Assembly (NCBI GenBank): GCA_963665815.1
Contig: OY762463.1
Location: forward strand, 1,728,001-1,792,000
Direction: 5' to 3'
DNA: 64,000 bases
Source of the DNA: Candidatus Cloacimonadales bacterium
GTDB lineage: Bacteria; Cloacimonadota; Cloacimonadia; Cloacimonadales; JAIOQZ01
How positions within the stretch are numbered: the stretch's first letter is position 1; every line of letters starts with the position of its first letter. The translations under genes were made by a program, and so were the position numbers. Below are positions 10,164 through 19,486 of this stretch, piece after piece. Under the pieces are notes generated by a model, which saw only the letters and a program-made list of their open reading frames with translations, made no database searches and was not told the DNA's origin.

Positions 10164-11850
10164 TTTTCCCGTACTCCGTGCAGAATGGAGATCCAGCTTT
10201 ACAACCAAAAAGGATGTAATGCAGTTTGAGAACAGTTTGAACATCAATACTGAGATTCTTGAAAACGTGCTGTACAATCAGGCTTTGCAAACTAGCCTGG
10301 AGCGTGATGAAGCTTTCAAAAGAAGCTCTACACAAACTATACAGAATTATTCTGTAGGCTACAAACTTAGAAACCAGGTTCACAGCCTTCTGTTGACCAG
10401 TACACGTTCTCTTGACACTGCCAGTCCCGGAGAGACTGATTACTACTATAAAAGAACTGATAATGAGCTGGGATACAGGTTTTCCCTTAGTGAAGAATCC
10501 AGTTTAAATATTGTTTCAGAAGCTAAATTTTCCAACATGGACAACATTATCAGACAAACTGAAGAAAAAAAATCAGACTCTGAAGGTTATAGTTTATCCA
10601 ATAGACTCATGTACAATTATGAAGATGATATAAATAGAATCGACTTCAGTCTCAATCACCAGTATTCAAGCAGAAAATATGATCCACTTTACGATTTTGT
10701 TTCTTTAAAACTGGACTGGAATTCCAGAGACACTAAATTTAATACATTGACTACTCTAAGCTATGAGAATGCATCAAAAGATATTTATCATTCATTTATC
10801 CATACCGATACTCATGAAAAACGAGAAATTGGCGTTATCAATAATACTGATGTTTACTTATCATCAGATACATTTCTTAACATGAACTGTAATCTTTATT
10901 CACTTAACAATCAATTCAGAGAAAATCAATTAAAGAGCTATGAGGTGGACAGCGGAGATTTCCTTATTGATCTTGAAACATCTTTTTATTTCTTTCATTT
11001 CAATTGGGGCTTTGATTTTGAAAAATACACAAAAACATTTGAACTTGAAGAAAACTCCTATGAGCAGAACATTTACAATCTGTACAATAAAACCGTTTTT
11101 TCTCCATCAAATGGAGATTCAATTGTCTTCACAGGAAAAACCAATTTCAAAAAAACCTCTACCCCATCACCTGAGAACCAGACTGATAATGACCAGATCA
11201 GTAATTCAATAGAATTAACATACATCGGTCAATTTGGTAAAAGATTCAGATTCAGAAACAGGATGTTTTACTACCTGAATGAGCAGGTCTATATTTCATC
11301 TGTCATGTCCGGTAACAACAAAATACGTAACAGTTACAATCTGCTTCCTGATATTAACATACATCTTGGAAGAGGATTTTATTTCTACCAGTATTATCAT
11401 TTAATGGCTGACTATGACGATTTTGTCTGGGATGAGTTTAATCAGGACAGATTATTCCGCAGGCTTACTGCTGCCTACCAGTTAGCTTATGATCCCGGTA
11501 GAAGCTTCTTCACAACTTACACATATACTCCATCCTCACCAATATTCATGTCATTCCTTTATGAATATCTTAAAAAAGATTCGGGAGAAATGAATGGAGA
11601 CATTTACACAAAATTTAATGAGTCAGAAATACATAAGTTTTGCTTTGATCTTAGATTAGAGATAGACAGAATAACATTTACATCTAAAACAACTTACTTT
11701 CAAAGTAATCTAAAAGAACTGGATGAGAAAATGAGTTTGATCTACGAATTTTCAGATAAATCTTTCATCTCAATTAATATAAATCCGAATAAAGCCAGTC
11801 TGGAAAAGTTTTACTGGAAAGTCAGTACAGAAATACTGCTGAATTTCTGA
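10114..11850 (+). CDS. Hypothetical secreted or outer-membrane beta-rich protein
   Basis: GTG 10114 after GAGGAG, signal-peptide-like N-terminus, Y/N/S/F-rich strands, terminal Phe. Overlaps the 3' end of rsmA. Confidence 0.6.
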   Translation: MKQNLSGFLILFLLLIDFPVLRAEWRSSFTTKKDVMQFENSLNINTEILENVLYNQALQTSLERDEAFKRSSTQTIQNYSVGYKLRNQVHSLLLTSTRSLDTASPGETDYYYKRTDNELGYRFSLSEESSLNIVSEAKFSNMDNIIRQTEEKKSDSEGYSLSNRLMYNYEDDINRIDFSLNHQYSSRKYDPLYDFVSLKLDWNSRDTKFNTLTTLSYENASKDIYHSFIHTDTHEKREIGVINNTDVYLSSDTFLNMNCNLYSLNNQFRENQLKSYEVDSGDFLIDLETSFYFFHFNWGFDFEKYTKTFELEENSYEQNIYNLYNKTVFSPSNGDSIVFTGKTNFKKTSTPSPENQTDNDQISNSIELTYIGQFGKRFRFRNRMFYYLNEQVYISSVMSGNNKIRNSYNLLPDINIHLGRGFYFYQYYHLMADYDDFVWDEFNQDRLFRRLTAAYQLAYDPGRSFFTTYTYTPSSPIFMSFLYEYLKKDSGEMNGDIYTKFNESEIHKFCFDLRLEIDRITFTSKTTYFQSNLKELDEKMSLIYEFSDKSFISININPNKASLEKFYWKVSTEILLNF

Positions 11851-11853
11851 CAT

Positions 11854-11883
11854 AAAAACCTGCCGACAACAAAGCCAGCAGGT
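11854..11883 (-). terminator. Rho-independent terminator, minus strand, downstream of mrp
   Basis: Minus strand ACCTGCTGGC-loop-GTCGGCAGGT followed by TTTT. Confidence 0.6.
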
Positions 11884-11971
11884 CAGTTTATAATGTATCC
11901 GGTTCTTTCTAACAATGTGTGATAGATAAAACAAAACTGTTGTAGTTCAGTTTATGATGTTTCGTACTACA

Positions 11972-12119
11972 AGAGACCTTTTCATAATTGGGGTTGTTAA
12001 CTCAATTTTAGAGTTAATCAAATTTTTACTCAAGACAAGCTTTCCTAAGAAGTTTTTCTAATGAATAAAAACTCATTGATACTTTTTTCAAAGCTGCTTA
12101 TCTTACTAATAGGCATAGC
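11972..12119 (-). repeat. Intergenic repeat family B, copy 1
   Basis: Reverse complement aligns with 24347-24498; hand count 67 of 94 identities in the core. Confidence 0.65.
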
Positions 12120-12125
12120 ACTCCA

Positions 12126-12953
12126 CTATTTATGAATATCAAGTTTCTCAGCAACAGCTTCAATTGCTTTCTGGAACTCTTTTGCACCATCTTTTTTACT
12201 GTAATCATAGATGTAAGGTCTTCCGGCATCACCTGTTTCCATAATATTTGTATCCAGAGGGATTTTAGCAATTACATCAAGATCAAAGTCTTTTGCTGCT
12301 TTTTCAGCTCCGGATCCCTTAAACACATCAACCTTTTTATTACAGTGTGGGCAAGTAAGATAACTCATATTTTCGATTATTCCAAGAATAGGAATGTTCA
12401 GCTTCTGAGAGAACGAAATAGTCTTTCTTGCGTCAAGAAATGCTACATCCTGAGGAGTAGACACAATTACAGCTCCATCAATTTTCTTGAGGATCTGCAC
12501 AGCTGAAAGCGGTTCATCACCTGTTCCCGGAGGACAGTCAATTACTAACAGATCAAGTTCAGGCCATTCAATTTCCTGCATAAACTGCTTTATTACTCCC
12601 ATTTTTGCAGGACCTCTCCAGATTACAGGTTCGTCCGGTCCCGGAAGTAAAGAAGCAATACTCAGTGCATGAAGATTATCATGAACTTTAACAGGTGTAG
12701 GCATTTCACCTTCATTATTTCCAATTCCTATTCCTTCAATACCAAGCATTTTAACAATTGAAGGACCATGGAGGTCTACATCCAGAATTCCAACCTTGTA
12801 TCCGGAAATCGCAAAACCGTAAGCCATATTAACCGCAACCGTGCTCTTACCAACACCGCCTTTACCACTTAAAACTATAAGTTTCTTTTTAATTCTTCCA
12901 ATGTTATCTTCTAACATCTTCAATTGATCAGGGGTATTCAAATCTCTTTCCAT
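12126..12953 (-). CDS. mrp: Mrp/ApbC/NBP35 Fe-S cluster carrier ATPase
   Basis: SGKGGVGKST, DVDLHGPS, VIWRGP, DCPPGTGD, ENMS, CPHC. ATG 12953 follows AAGGAG. Confidence 0.93.
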   Translation of the reverse strand: MERDLNTPDQLKMLEDNIGRIKKKLIVLSGKGGVGKSTVAVNMAYGFAISGYKVGILDVDLHGPSIVKMLGIEGIGIGNNEGEMPTPVKVHDNLHALSIASLLPGPDEPVIWRGPAKMGVIKQFMQEIEWPELDLLVIDCPPGTGDEPLSAVQILKKIDGAVIVSTPQDVAFLDARKTISFSQKLNIPILGIIENMSYLTCPHCNKKVDVFKGSGAEKAAKDFDLDVIAKIPLDTNIMETGDAGRPYIYDYSKKDGAKEFQKAIEAVAEKLDIHK

Positions 12954-13347
12954 AATTATCTCCTTTGAGGCAAAAAAGTTGAAACTTGGTTCATCTATCA
13001 AGTATTTTTTTGAAAACGTTCATCTTCGCACAAAATTGTTCAAATCCGAACAAATATGTAATATCTAATTGATTTAAAAAAATGCAAAAATGATATAAAA
13101 AAAACAATAAAAAAATGTAATTATATTTAATACACAGCATTATAAGAAGTGAAAACAATAAGATTGAGTTTTGGCACTTAATTTGCAATTGTTAAAAGTG
13201 GAACCTGAATGGATCAGATTCAGGTCCCGATTGGTTGAAAAGAATCTAATTAAACATCCTTAATGCAAATATTATTAATCAGTTCAGTATTTGCAAGATT
13301 TTTTTCAACAATTCTGAATTTTAACCCTATGAAAGATCGGAGGAACA

Positions 13348-14676
13348 ATGAAAAAGAGTCTTGCTTTATTAGTAGTTTTAGGTTTATTTTGTATCATTTA
13401 CGCTGAAAACCTTACAATAGAATCATTTGCCAACTCATATGTGGATAACTCTAATGCAATTGCACTATATGATGATGCTTACTGGGTTGCAACAGATAAT
13501 GGTCTCGCCAAGGTATTCGGTTCACAGTCATCTATCGGTGGAATCAATTATTATAATGCAGAATCCGGATTGCTTAATGACAAAATTACATCCTTCACTG
13601 AATACAACGGACGTTTATGGATAGGAAGTCATGGAGGAATCAACGTTTTAGAATCAGATATCAATACCATTGGTTCAATAACATGTTCTGACGGACTATG
13701 CTGTGATTCAATCAATGCAATATCAAGTATTGACAATGCTATCTGGATTGGAACTTGCAACGGTGTTACAATAATGAACAGAACCCATGGAATCCCTGTC
13801 AGAAGTTACACAATTGATACTCTTAAAACAAATGATGGCTTATTATGCAATAATATTCAGGCTTTAGAAGTGGGAAGAATGTTTAACAAGAATGTTGGTT
13901 TCATAGGAACAGCATCCGGACTCAACTATTCTTACAAGGATTTAGGTAGTTATGTATGTCAATCTATCAGTACAGCTGAAGGTTTGACATCAAATGATAT
14001 CAGAGATATCGAAGTATCAGGTCAGAATGTCTGGATTGCAACAAGCTCAGGAGTTTCAGTTGTGAGATTCAGTACAGATTTCAGTACATACACAATTTCT
14101 GAATACAATATGAGTGATGGGCTTCCAACAGATAACATAAGAAGCGTTTCCGCAGGAATTGACAATACTTACTGGTTCGGAACAGATGCCGGAGTTGTAA
14201 AACTTAAGTTTCAAACAATACCTGTCAGATCTGATGCTCAGCCTGTCTTCAGAACTTATACAACAGAAGACGGACTTCTGAGCAATGATATCGGGGCTGT
14301 AACTTATGTTGATAGAAAACTACTGGTTGCTTCTGACACAGGATTCAATGTAATGGACTTTAATCCTGCTGCTACCGATGATACATTGATACCTGCACTG
14401 GAAAAAGTAAGTATTACAAACTACCCTAATCCATTTAATCCTGAAACAAAAATCAGCTATAACATTCCAACTTCAGGTTATACTGAAGTAACAATATTCA
14501 ATATAAAAGGACAAATAGTACAAAAACTTGTAAACGAATATAAATCCTCAGGAATTCATACAATTAACTGGAACGGCAAAAATGCCAATAACCAAAATGT
14601 CTCAAGCGGCCTGTACTTCTGTAAAATTGCTCATGCAGAAGGATCAGATATTACAAAAATGTCACTATTAAAGTAA
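13348..14676 (+). CDS. Secreted beta-propeller (Reg_prop-like repeats) with C-terminal T9SS-A/FlgD-Ig-like sorting domain
   Basis: Signal peptide; repeated DGLxxNxI...WxGTxxG units; NYPNPFNPET...IFNIKGQ...SSGLYF. Confidence 0.8.
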   Translation: MKKSLALLVVLGLFCIIYAENLTIESFANSYVDNSNAIALYDDAYWVATDNGLAKVFGSQSSIGGINYYNAESGLLNDKITSFTEYNGRLWIGSHGGINVLESDINTIGSITCSDGLCCDSINAISSIDNAIWIGTCNGVTIMNRTHGIPVRSYTIDTLKTNDGLLCNNIQALEVGRMFNKNVGFIGTASGLNYSYKDLGSYVCQSISTAEGLTSNDIRDIEVSGQNVWIATSSGVSVVRFSTDFSTYTISEYNMSDGLPTDNIRSVSAGIDNTYWFGTDAGVVKLKFQTIPVRSDAQPVFRTYTTEDGLLSNDIGAVTYVDRKLLVASDTGFNVMDFNPAATDDTLIPALEKVSITNYPNPFNPETKISYNIPTSGYTEVTIFNIKGQIVQKLVNEYKSSGIHTINWNGKNANNQNVSSGLYFCKIAHAEGSDITKMSLLK

Positions 14677-14707
14677 TCTTACTCTTTCCCCGCCCAACTT
14701 GAGGCTC

Positions 14708-14738
14708 AGGCTGTTGACTGTGTTAACAGCCTTTTTTT
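14708..14738 (+). terminator. Rho-independent terminator
   Basis: AGGCTGTTGAC-tgt-GTTAACAGCCT followed by a T run. Confidence 0.8.
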
Positions 14739-14812
14739 CATATTTTTATAAACAATCTGCTATTTTCTTTTGACTTTTATATACAAGCTGTTTTTTTTTA
14801 CTTGAGGTTGTT

Positions 14813-15880
14813 ATGAATATATTCAAAAGAAAACAGACGAAAACGATAAAGTTAGGTGATATTCTTATTGGGGGAGGTAATACAGTATCCGTGCAATCCA
14901 TGCTGAAAACAGGAAAACTCAATATCGCTGTTGAACAGTGTATTGAACTGGAAAATGCAGGCTGCGATATTGTACGACTCGCTGTTCCTGATCTGGAAAC
15001 CGCTGAGTGGATACCGGAATTAAAGAAACATACATCAATGCCTTTGATTGCAGATATTCACTTCGATTATAAACTTGCAATTGCATCTCTCGAAAACGGG
15101 ATAGATGGCTTGAGGATAAACCCTGGTAATATTGGCTCAGAAGAAAATGTACGTAAAATCGTTGATCGACTCAAAGATAAGAAAATACCTGTGCGGATAG
15201 GAGTTAACAGCGGATCAATAAACAAGAAATATCTAGATAAATATGGAGTTTGCCCGGAATCTCTTGTAGAAAGTGCATTAGAACATGTAAGAATTCTGGA
15301 GAAACTGAATTATGAAGAGATTAAGATATCAGTAAAAGCTTCTTCTGTTCCTATGATGATAAATTCATACAGAATACTCTCGGAAAAAGTTGATTATCCA
15401 CTTCATCTCGGAGTAACTGAAGCAGGAACCGACTTTGCTGGTACAATAAAATCTTCCGTAGGTATTGGAACTTTACTGGCAGAAGGGATTGGTGATACAA
15501 TACGGGTTTCCCTGACCGAATCCCCGGTAAACGAGATACACGTTGCCCATGAATTACTTAAATCTCTTGAATTAGTTGAAGGCATGGAGTTTGTTTCCTG
15601 TCCAACATGTGGAAGAACTAAAATAGATATAATTTCTCTCGCTAAGAAAGTTGAAAAAGCTCTTGAAAGATTTAAGGAATATCCCTTGAAAATAGCAGTA
15701 ATGGGATGTATTGTAAATGGTCCCGGAGAAGCAAGAGAAGCCGACTTTGGTATTGCAGGAGGAATCGGTGAAGGATTAATCTTCAGTAAGGGTGAAATTC
15801 TGAAGAAAGTCAAAGAACAAGATCTTCTTCCAGAACTTGTAAAAATAATTGAAAATCACCTGTCATCCAACAATGAATAA
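14813..15880 (+). CDS. ispG: HMBPP synthase (MEP pathway)
   Basis: VQSM, IADIHFD, RINPGNIG, RIGVNSGS, HLGVTEAG, GDTIRVSL, SCPTCGR, MGCIVNGPGEA. Confidence 0.97.
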   Translation: MNIFKRKQTKTIKLGDILIGGGNTVSVQSMLKTGKLNIAVEQCIELENAGCDIVRLAVPDLETAEWIPELKKHTSMPLIADIHFDYKLAIASLENGIDGLRINPGNIGSEENVRKIVDRLKDKKIPVRIGVNSGSINKKYLDKYGVCPESLVESALEHVRILEKLNYEEIKISVKASSVPMMINSYRILSEKVDYPLHLGVTEAGTDFAGTIKSSVGIGTLLAEGIGDTIRVSLTESPVNEIHVAHELLKSLELVEGMEFVSCPTCGRTKIDIISLAKKVEKALERFKEYPLKIAVMGCIVNGPGEAREADFGIAGGIGEGLIFSKGEILKKVKEQDLLPELVKIIENHLSSNNE

Positions 15881-17558
15881 AACTCTTTCCCTGATTGTAA
15901 TACTTGTTATCTTATCTGCTAATGCTCATTGTATTCTGAAAGTCTCTGAGATCAGATTTGAGGGGAACACAAAAGTCAGCGATCAGCAGCTTGTTAAAAA
16001 AGCCCTGCTTTCCATAGGTGAAGAATTCTCACAAAAAAAAGCGAATGACACTTCCAAAATACTTATGAACCTCTACAAAGAAAAAAGCATTCTCGATGTT
16101 TATGTATTCTATCCTGAGATTAGCATAGAAAACGAGTCTGTTATTGTCACGTACAAAATTAAAGAAGGTAATACATTAAAGGTGAAAAAACTCACCTTTC
16201 AAGGAAATAAGTACTTCAGCAGTTATAAACTGAAAGAGTTCCTCAACATCAAAGATACTGATATAATGGAACTAAGTGACATCCCCTTTATCCTCAAAGA
16301 AATCACTAATCTATATATCAATAGAGGATACCTGTTCATTGAAACATCACTTAAGGATGTAATTAAACATCAAGAACACCTTGAGATTATTATAGAAATC
16401 AAAGAAGGAAAGGAATTTCGGATATCAAAACTTGTATTTCAGGGAAATAAAACATCCAAGGCAAAAAGTCTGAAGAAAATATCTCAGATAAACGGAATAA
16501 CTAATTTCAATCGTAATACACTAAGGAAGATTGAAAACAATCTCACATCACGAAAATATATTAAATCATGTAATGCTGTACCAGTCAATTCTGAAACATT
16601 ACTGCTTCAGGTCGAAGAAGGGAAAATGACATATTTCTCTGCTTTAATGGGATATGATGAATCTGATAAAAATAAGAAGACAATAACCGGTTATGCAACT
16701 CTGAATCTTTATAATCTTTTTGGGTCAGACAGATCTCTGGAAATAAAATGGGAGAAATATAATAAACATAGTTCATTGATTGAAGCGAATTATTTCGATC
16801 CTCTACCATTTAAGATCCCTTTATCTGCTGAAACAGGACTTTTCAGAGAAATTATTGACTCAACTCTTATTCATACTGAGGTCAACTTCAGACTGATATA
16901 TAGTACTTTATACAACTCTGTCGGACTTCAGTTTGAGCTTGAAGATTATATTCCCGGGACTCGAAGACCTAAAATCTATGAGAAAAAGTCTCTTAAAAGC
17001 TATGGAGCTATATGGAAACATAACAATCTGGACAATAATGTTAACCCATCCACGGGACACGAACTCTCTACAACATATTCTTTCAAGTTTTACAAAGAGA
17101 ATGGAGATTTAAAAAATTATCAGACCAGTGAATTTTCTGTCTGGCAGTTTTTCAAATTGAGAAAAAGACTTGTTCTCGGAGTCTCACTTAATGGGAAAAA
17201 TATAGATAATAAAGAGCTTGAGGATTTTGAATTATTCGAACTTGGAGGTAATAATAACCTCAGAGGATATAGAGAAAAATCCATGCGGGGATACAGAATT
17301 GGCTGGAGTAATATTGAACTGCGTCAATTAATATCCGGAAACTCAAGAATATTTGTGTTTGCTGATTTTGGCTATCTTGAAAACATGATTGAAGATAAAA
17401 AAACAACGCTGTCTGACCTGAAAAGTATTGGTTTCGGAATGAGATTTGATACGGCAGTAGGCTTACTGAAACTTGATTATGCCATAGGATATCTTGACGA
17501 TAAATGGACTGATATTTCTAATGGATTTATTCATTTTGGAATTGAAACCAGTTTCTGA
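15873..17558 (+). CDS. Omp85/BamA-TamA family outer-membrane protein with POTRA domains
   Basis: Signal peptide; three FxGN POTRA starts; NLFG; LGG..LRGY; GFG.RF; terminal F. Confidence 0.85.
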   Translation: MNKTLSLIVILVILSANAHCILKVSEIRFEGNTKVSDQQLVKKALLSIGEEFSQKKANDTSKILMNLYKEKSILDVYVFYPEISIENESVIVTYKIKEGNTLKVKKLTFQGNKYFSSYKLKEFLNIKDTDIMELSDIPFILKEITNLYINRGYLFIETSLKDVIKHQEHLEIIIEIKEGKEFRISKLVFQGNKTSKAKSLKKISQINGITNFNRNTLRKIENNLTSRKYIKSCNAVPVNSETLLLQVEEGKMTYFSALMGYDESDKNKKTITGYATLNLYNLFGSDRSLEIKWEKYNKHSSLIEANYFDPLPFKIPLSAETGLFREIIDSTLIHTEVNFRLIYSTLYNSVGLQFELEDYIPGTRRPKIYEKKSLKSYGAIWKHNNLDNNVNPSTGHELSTTYSFKFYKENGDLKNYQTSEFSVWQFFKLRKRLVLGVSLNGKNIDNKELEDFELFELGGNNNLRGYREKSMRGYRIGWSNIELRQLISGNSRIFVFADFGYLENMIEDKKTTLSDLKSIGFGMRFDTAVGLLKLDYAIGYLDDKWTDISNGFIHFGIETSF

Positions 17559-17571
17559 CAAAGGAGCGGAG

Positions 17572-18375
17572 ATGAAAAACAAAATACTTAAAATATGGGA
17601 AAAGAATGAGTTTTCTCAGGACGACCTTCTAACATTCAACGAATTTAAAGAAGGACTCAACAAGGGAATTTATCGATCTGCACAGAAAATTAATGGTGAA
17701 TGGATAACAAATGAATGGGTAAAAAAAGGAATATTAATCGGATTCAAAATTGGTGAAAATATTCCGATGCCTAACATTGAAACATTCGATTTTATAGATA
17801 AAAACACATATCCTGTAAGACGATTCACAACCAAAGACAAAATCCGGCTTGTTCCGGGTGGATCATCCGTGAGAGATGGAGCATACATCGCACCTCATGT
17901 TACTATGATGCCGCCCATGTACGTAAATGTTGGAGCTTATGTTGATGAAGGTTCTATGATTGATTCCCACGCTCTTGTGGGGACATGTGCCCAGATTGGG
18001 AAACGGGTTCACCTCAGTGCAGGTGCAATGATTGGCGGAGTTCTGGAACCAATGAATGCGAATCCGGTAATTATTGAAGATAACTGTTTCATAGGTGGGA
18101 ATACCGGTATATATGAAGGTGTTATTGTTAAAGAACAGGCAATTATTGCTGCCGGCGTTATCATTACCGGAGGAACTCCGGTTTACGATGCAGTTAATGA
18201 TAAATATCTGGATTTTTCAGAAAAGAAAATTATCCCTGAAAGAGCAGTTGTTGTAGCAGGCAGCAGACCATTAAAATCAAATCCTGAATTTTCAATCTAC
18301 TGTCCGATAATTATCAAATACAGAGACAGCAAAACTGAAAGCTCTGTTGTGCTGGAAGAACTTCTCAGAAAGTAG
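17572..18375 (+). CDS. dapD: Tetrahydrodipicolinate N-succinyltransferase
   Basis: [50 protein letters not shown] follows AAGGAG. Confidence 0.93.
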   Translation: MKNKILKIWEKNEFSQDDLLTFNEFKEGLNKGIYRSAQKINGEWITNEWVKKGILIGFKIGENIPMPNIETFDFIDKNTYPVRRFTTKDKIRLVPGGSSVRDGAYIAPHVTMMPPMYVNVGAYVDEGSMIDSHALVGTCAQIGKRVHLSAGAMIGGVLEPMNANPVIIEDNCFIGGNTGIYEGVIVKEQAIIAAGVIITGGTPVYDAVNDKYLDFSEKKIIPERAVVVAGSRPLKSNPEFSIYCPIIIKYRDSKTESSVVLEELLRK

Positions 18376-18380
18376 GTATC

Positions 18381-19466
18381 TTGATTAATCCGACTCATAA
18401 CATAGGAAAATCTGTCATAAGACAGTTTGTTGATAAAGCTCAACCAGGCTCAATAAATCTTGGCCTGGGAGAAATTAACATACCTCTGCATTCGTCAATT
18501 TCCGAGATTGGAAAACGAGTTATCAGAGAGAAACGTATAGGTTATACGCCCAATGCAGGACTTCCTGAGTTAAGAAAAGCAATATCAACCTATTACAATA
18601 ACACTATTTCACTGAATGGAGTATGTGTAATGAATGGAGCACAGGAAGGGCTGTTTGCTCTTTTGTTTACATACCTGAATCCAGGAGATGAAGTAATACT
18701 GGTTGATCCATGCTATCCTGCTTATGATTCCGTTGTGCAGATGTGTAAAGGGCAGATACGCTATTGCAGTTTATCCCCCGAAGACAACTTCAGAATGAAC
18801 TTCGATCTTCTGATTGAGCAAATAAACAAAAACACAAAGTTCATTGTTATCAATCAACCATCGAATCCTCTTGGAACTGCATTAACGGATAGTGAACTGA
18901 AAAAGCTGGCAGTTATTGCTGAAAAGCATAATCTAACTATCATCAGTGATGAGGTTTACAGAGAATTATATACGGTAGAACGCGGTTCAACTATACTGGA
19001 CTTCAGTGATAGAGCAGTTGTTATTTCAAGCTTATCAAAATCACATGGAATGACAGGCTGGCGACTGGGATGGATTGCCGGTTCTGAGGAATTTATAAAG
19101 CCAATAATTGTTACTCATCAATATTTAACAACGTGTGCAAACAGCCTCGCACAACATACAGCCATAGAAATATTCAATAACTGCTTTGAAGAAGCAAATA
19201 TATACATCAAAGATTTCTTAGATACTAATAGAATACTTGCAGAGAAACTACTTCACAGATTTGAAATGATAAAAGGGGAATTTCATCCATTTCTGTTTGT
19301 AAAAGTACCTGACAACAATTTTGCGGAAGAGATGCTTGAGAAAAAAGTAATCGTCATTCCAGGACATGCATTCAGCCAAAGAAACATGAACTGGGTAAGA
19401 ATTTCTTATGGAGTAGCTGAAGAATATCTGATAAAAGGTCTTTCTATTATTTTAGGGAGTACATAA
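18381..19466 (+). CDS. PLP-dependent class I/II aminotransferase (possible DapC role)
   Basis: YTPNAGLPELR, NQPSNPLG, SDEVY, SLSKSHGMTGWRLG; TTG start 5 nt after dapD. Confidence 0.85.
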   Translation: MINPTHNIGKSVIRQFVDKAQPGSINLGLGEINIPLHSSISEIGKRVIREKRIGYTPNAGLPELRKAISTYYNNTISLNGVCVMNGAQEGLFALLFTYLNPGDEVILVDPCYPAYDSVVQMCKGQIRYCSLSPEDNFRMNFDLLIEQINKNTKFIVINQPSNPLGTALTDSELKKLAVIAEKHNLTIISDEVYRELYTVERGSTILDFSDRAVVISSLSKSHGMTGWRLGWIAGSEEFIKPIIVTHQYLTTCANSLAQHTAIEIFNNCFEEANIYIKDFLDTNRILAEKLLHRFEMIKGEFHPFLFVKVPDNNFAEEMLEKKVIVIPGHAFSQRNMNWVRISYGVAEEYLIKGLSIILGST

Positions 19467-19486
19467 ATGATAAATTAGGGGGAAAA

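Noticed and set aside
12116-12123. TAGCACTC resembling half a CIRCE element
   Set aside because: No second half-site at 9-nt spacing, and it lies at a gene 3' end.
12991-13188. 65-aa minus-strand ORF upstream of mrp
   Set aside because: Low-complexity translation of an AT-rich promoter region with no RBS.
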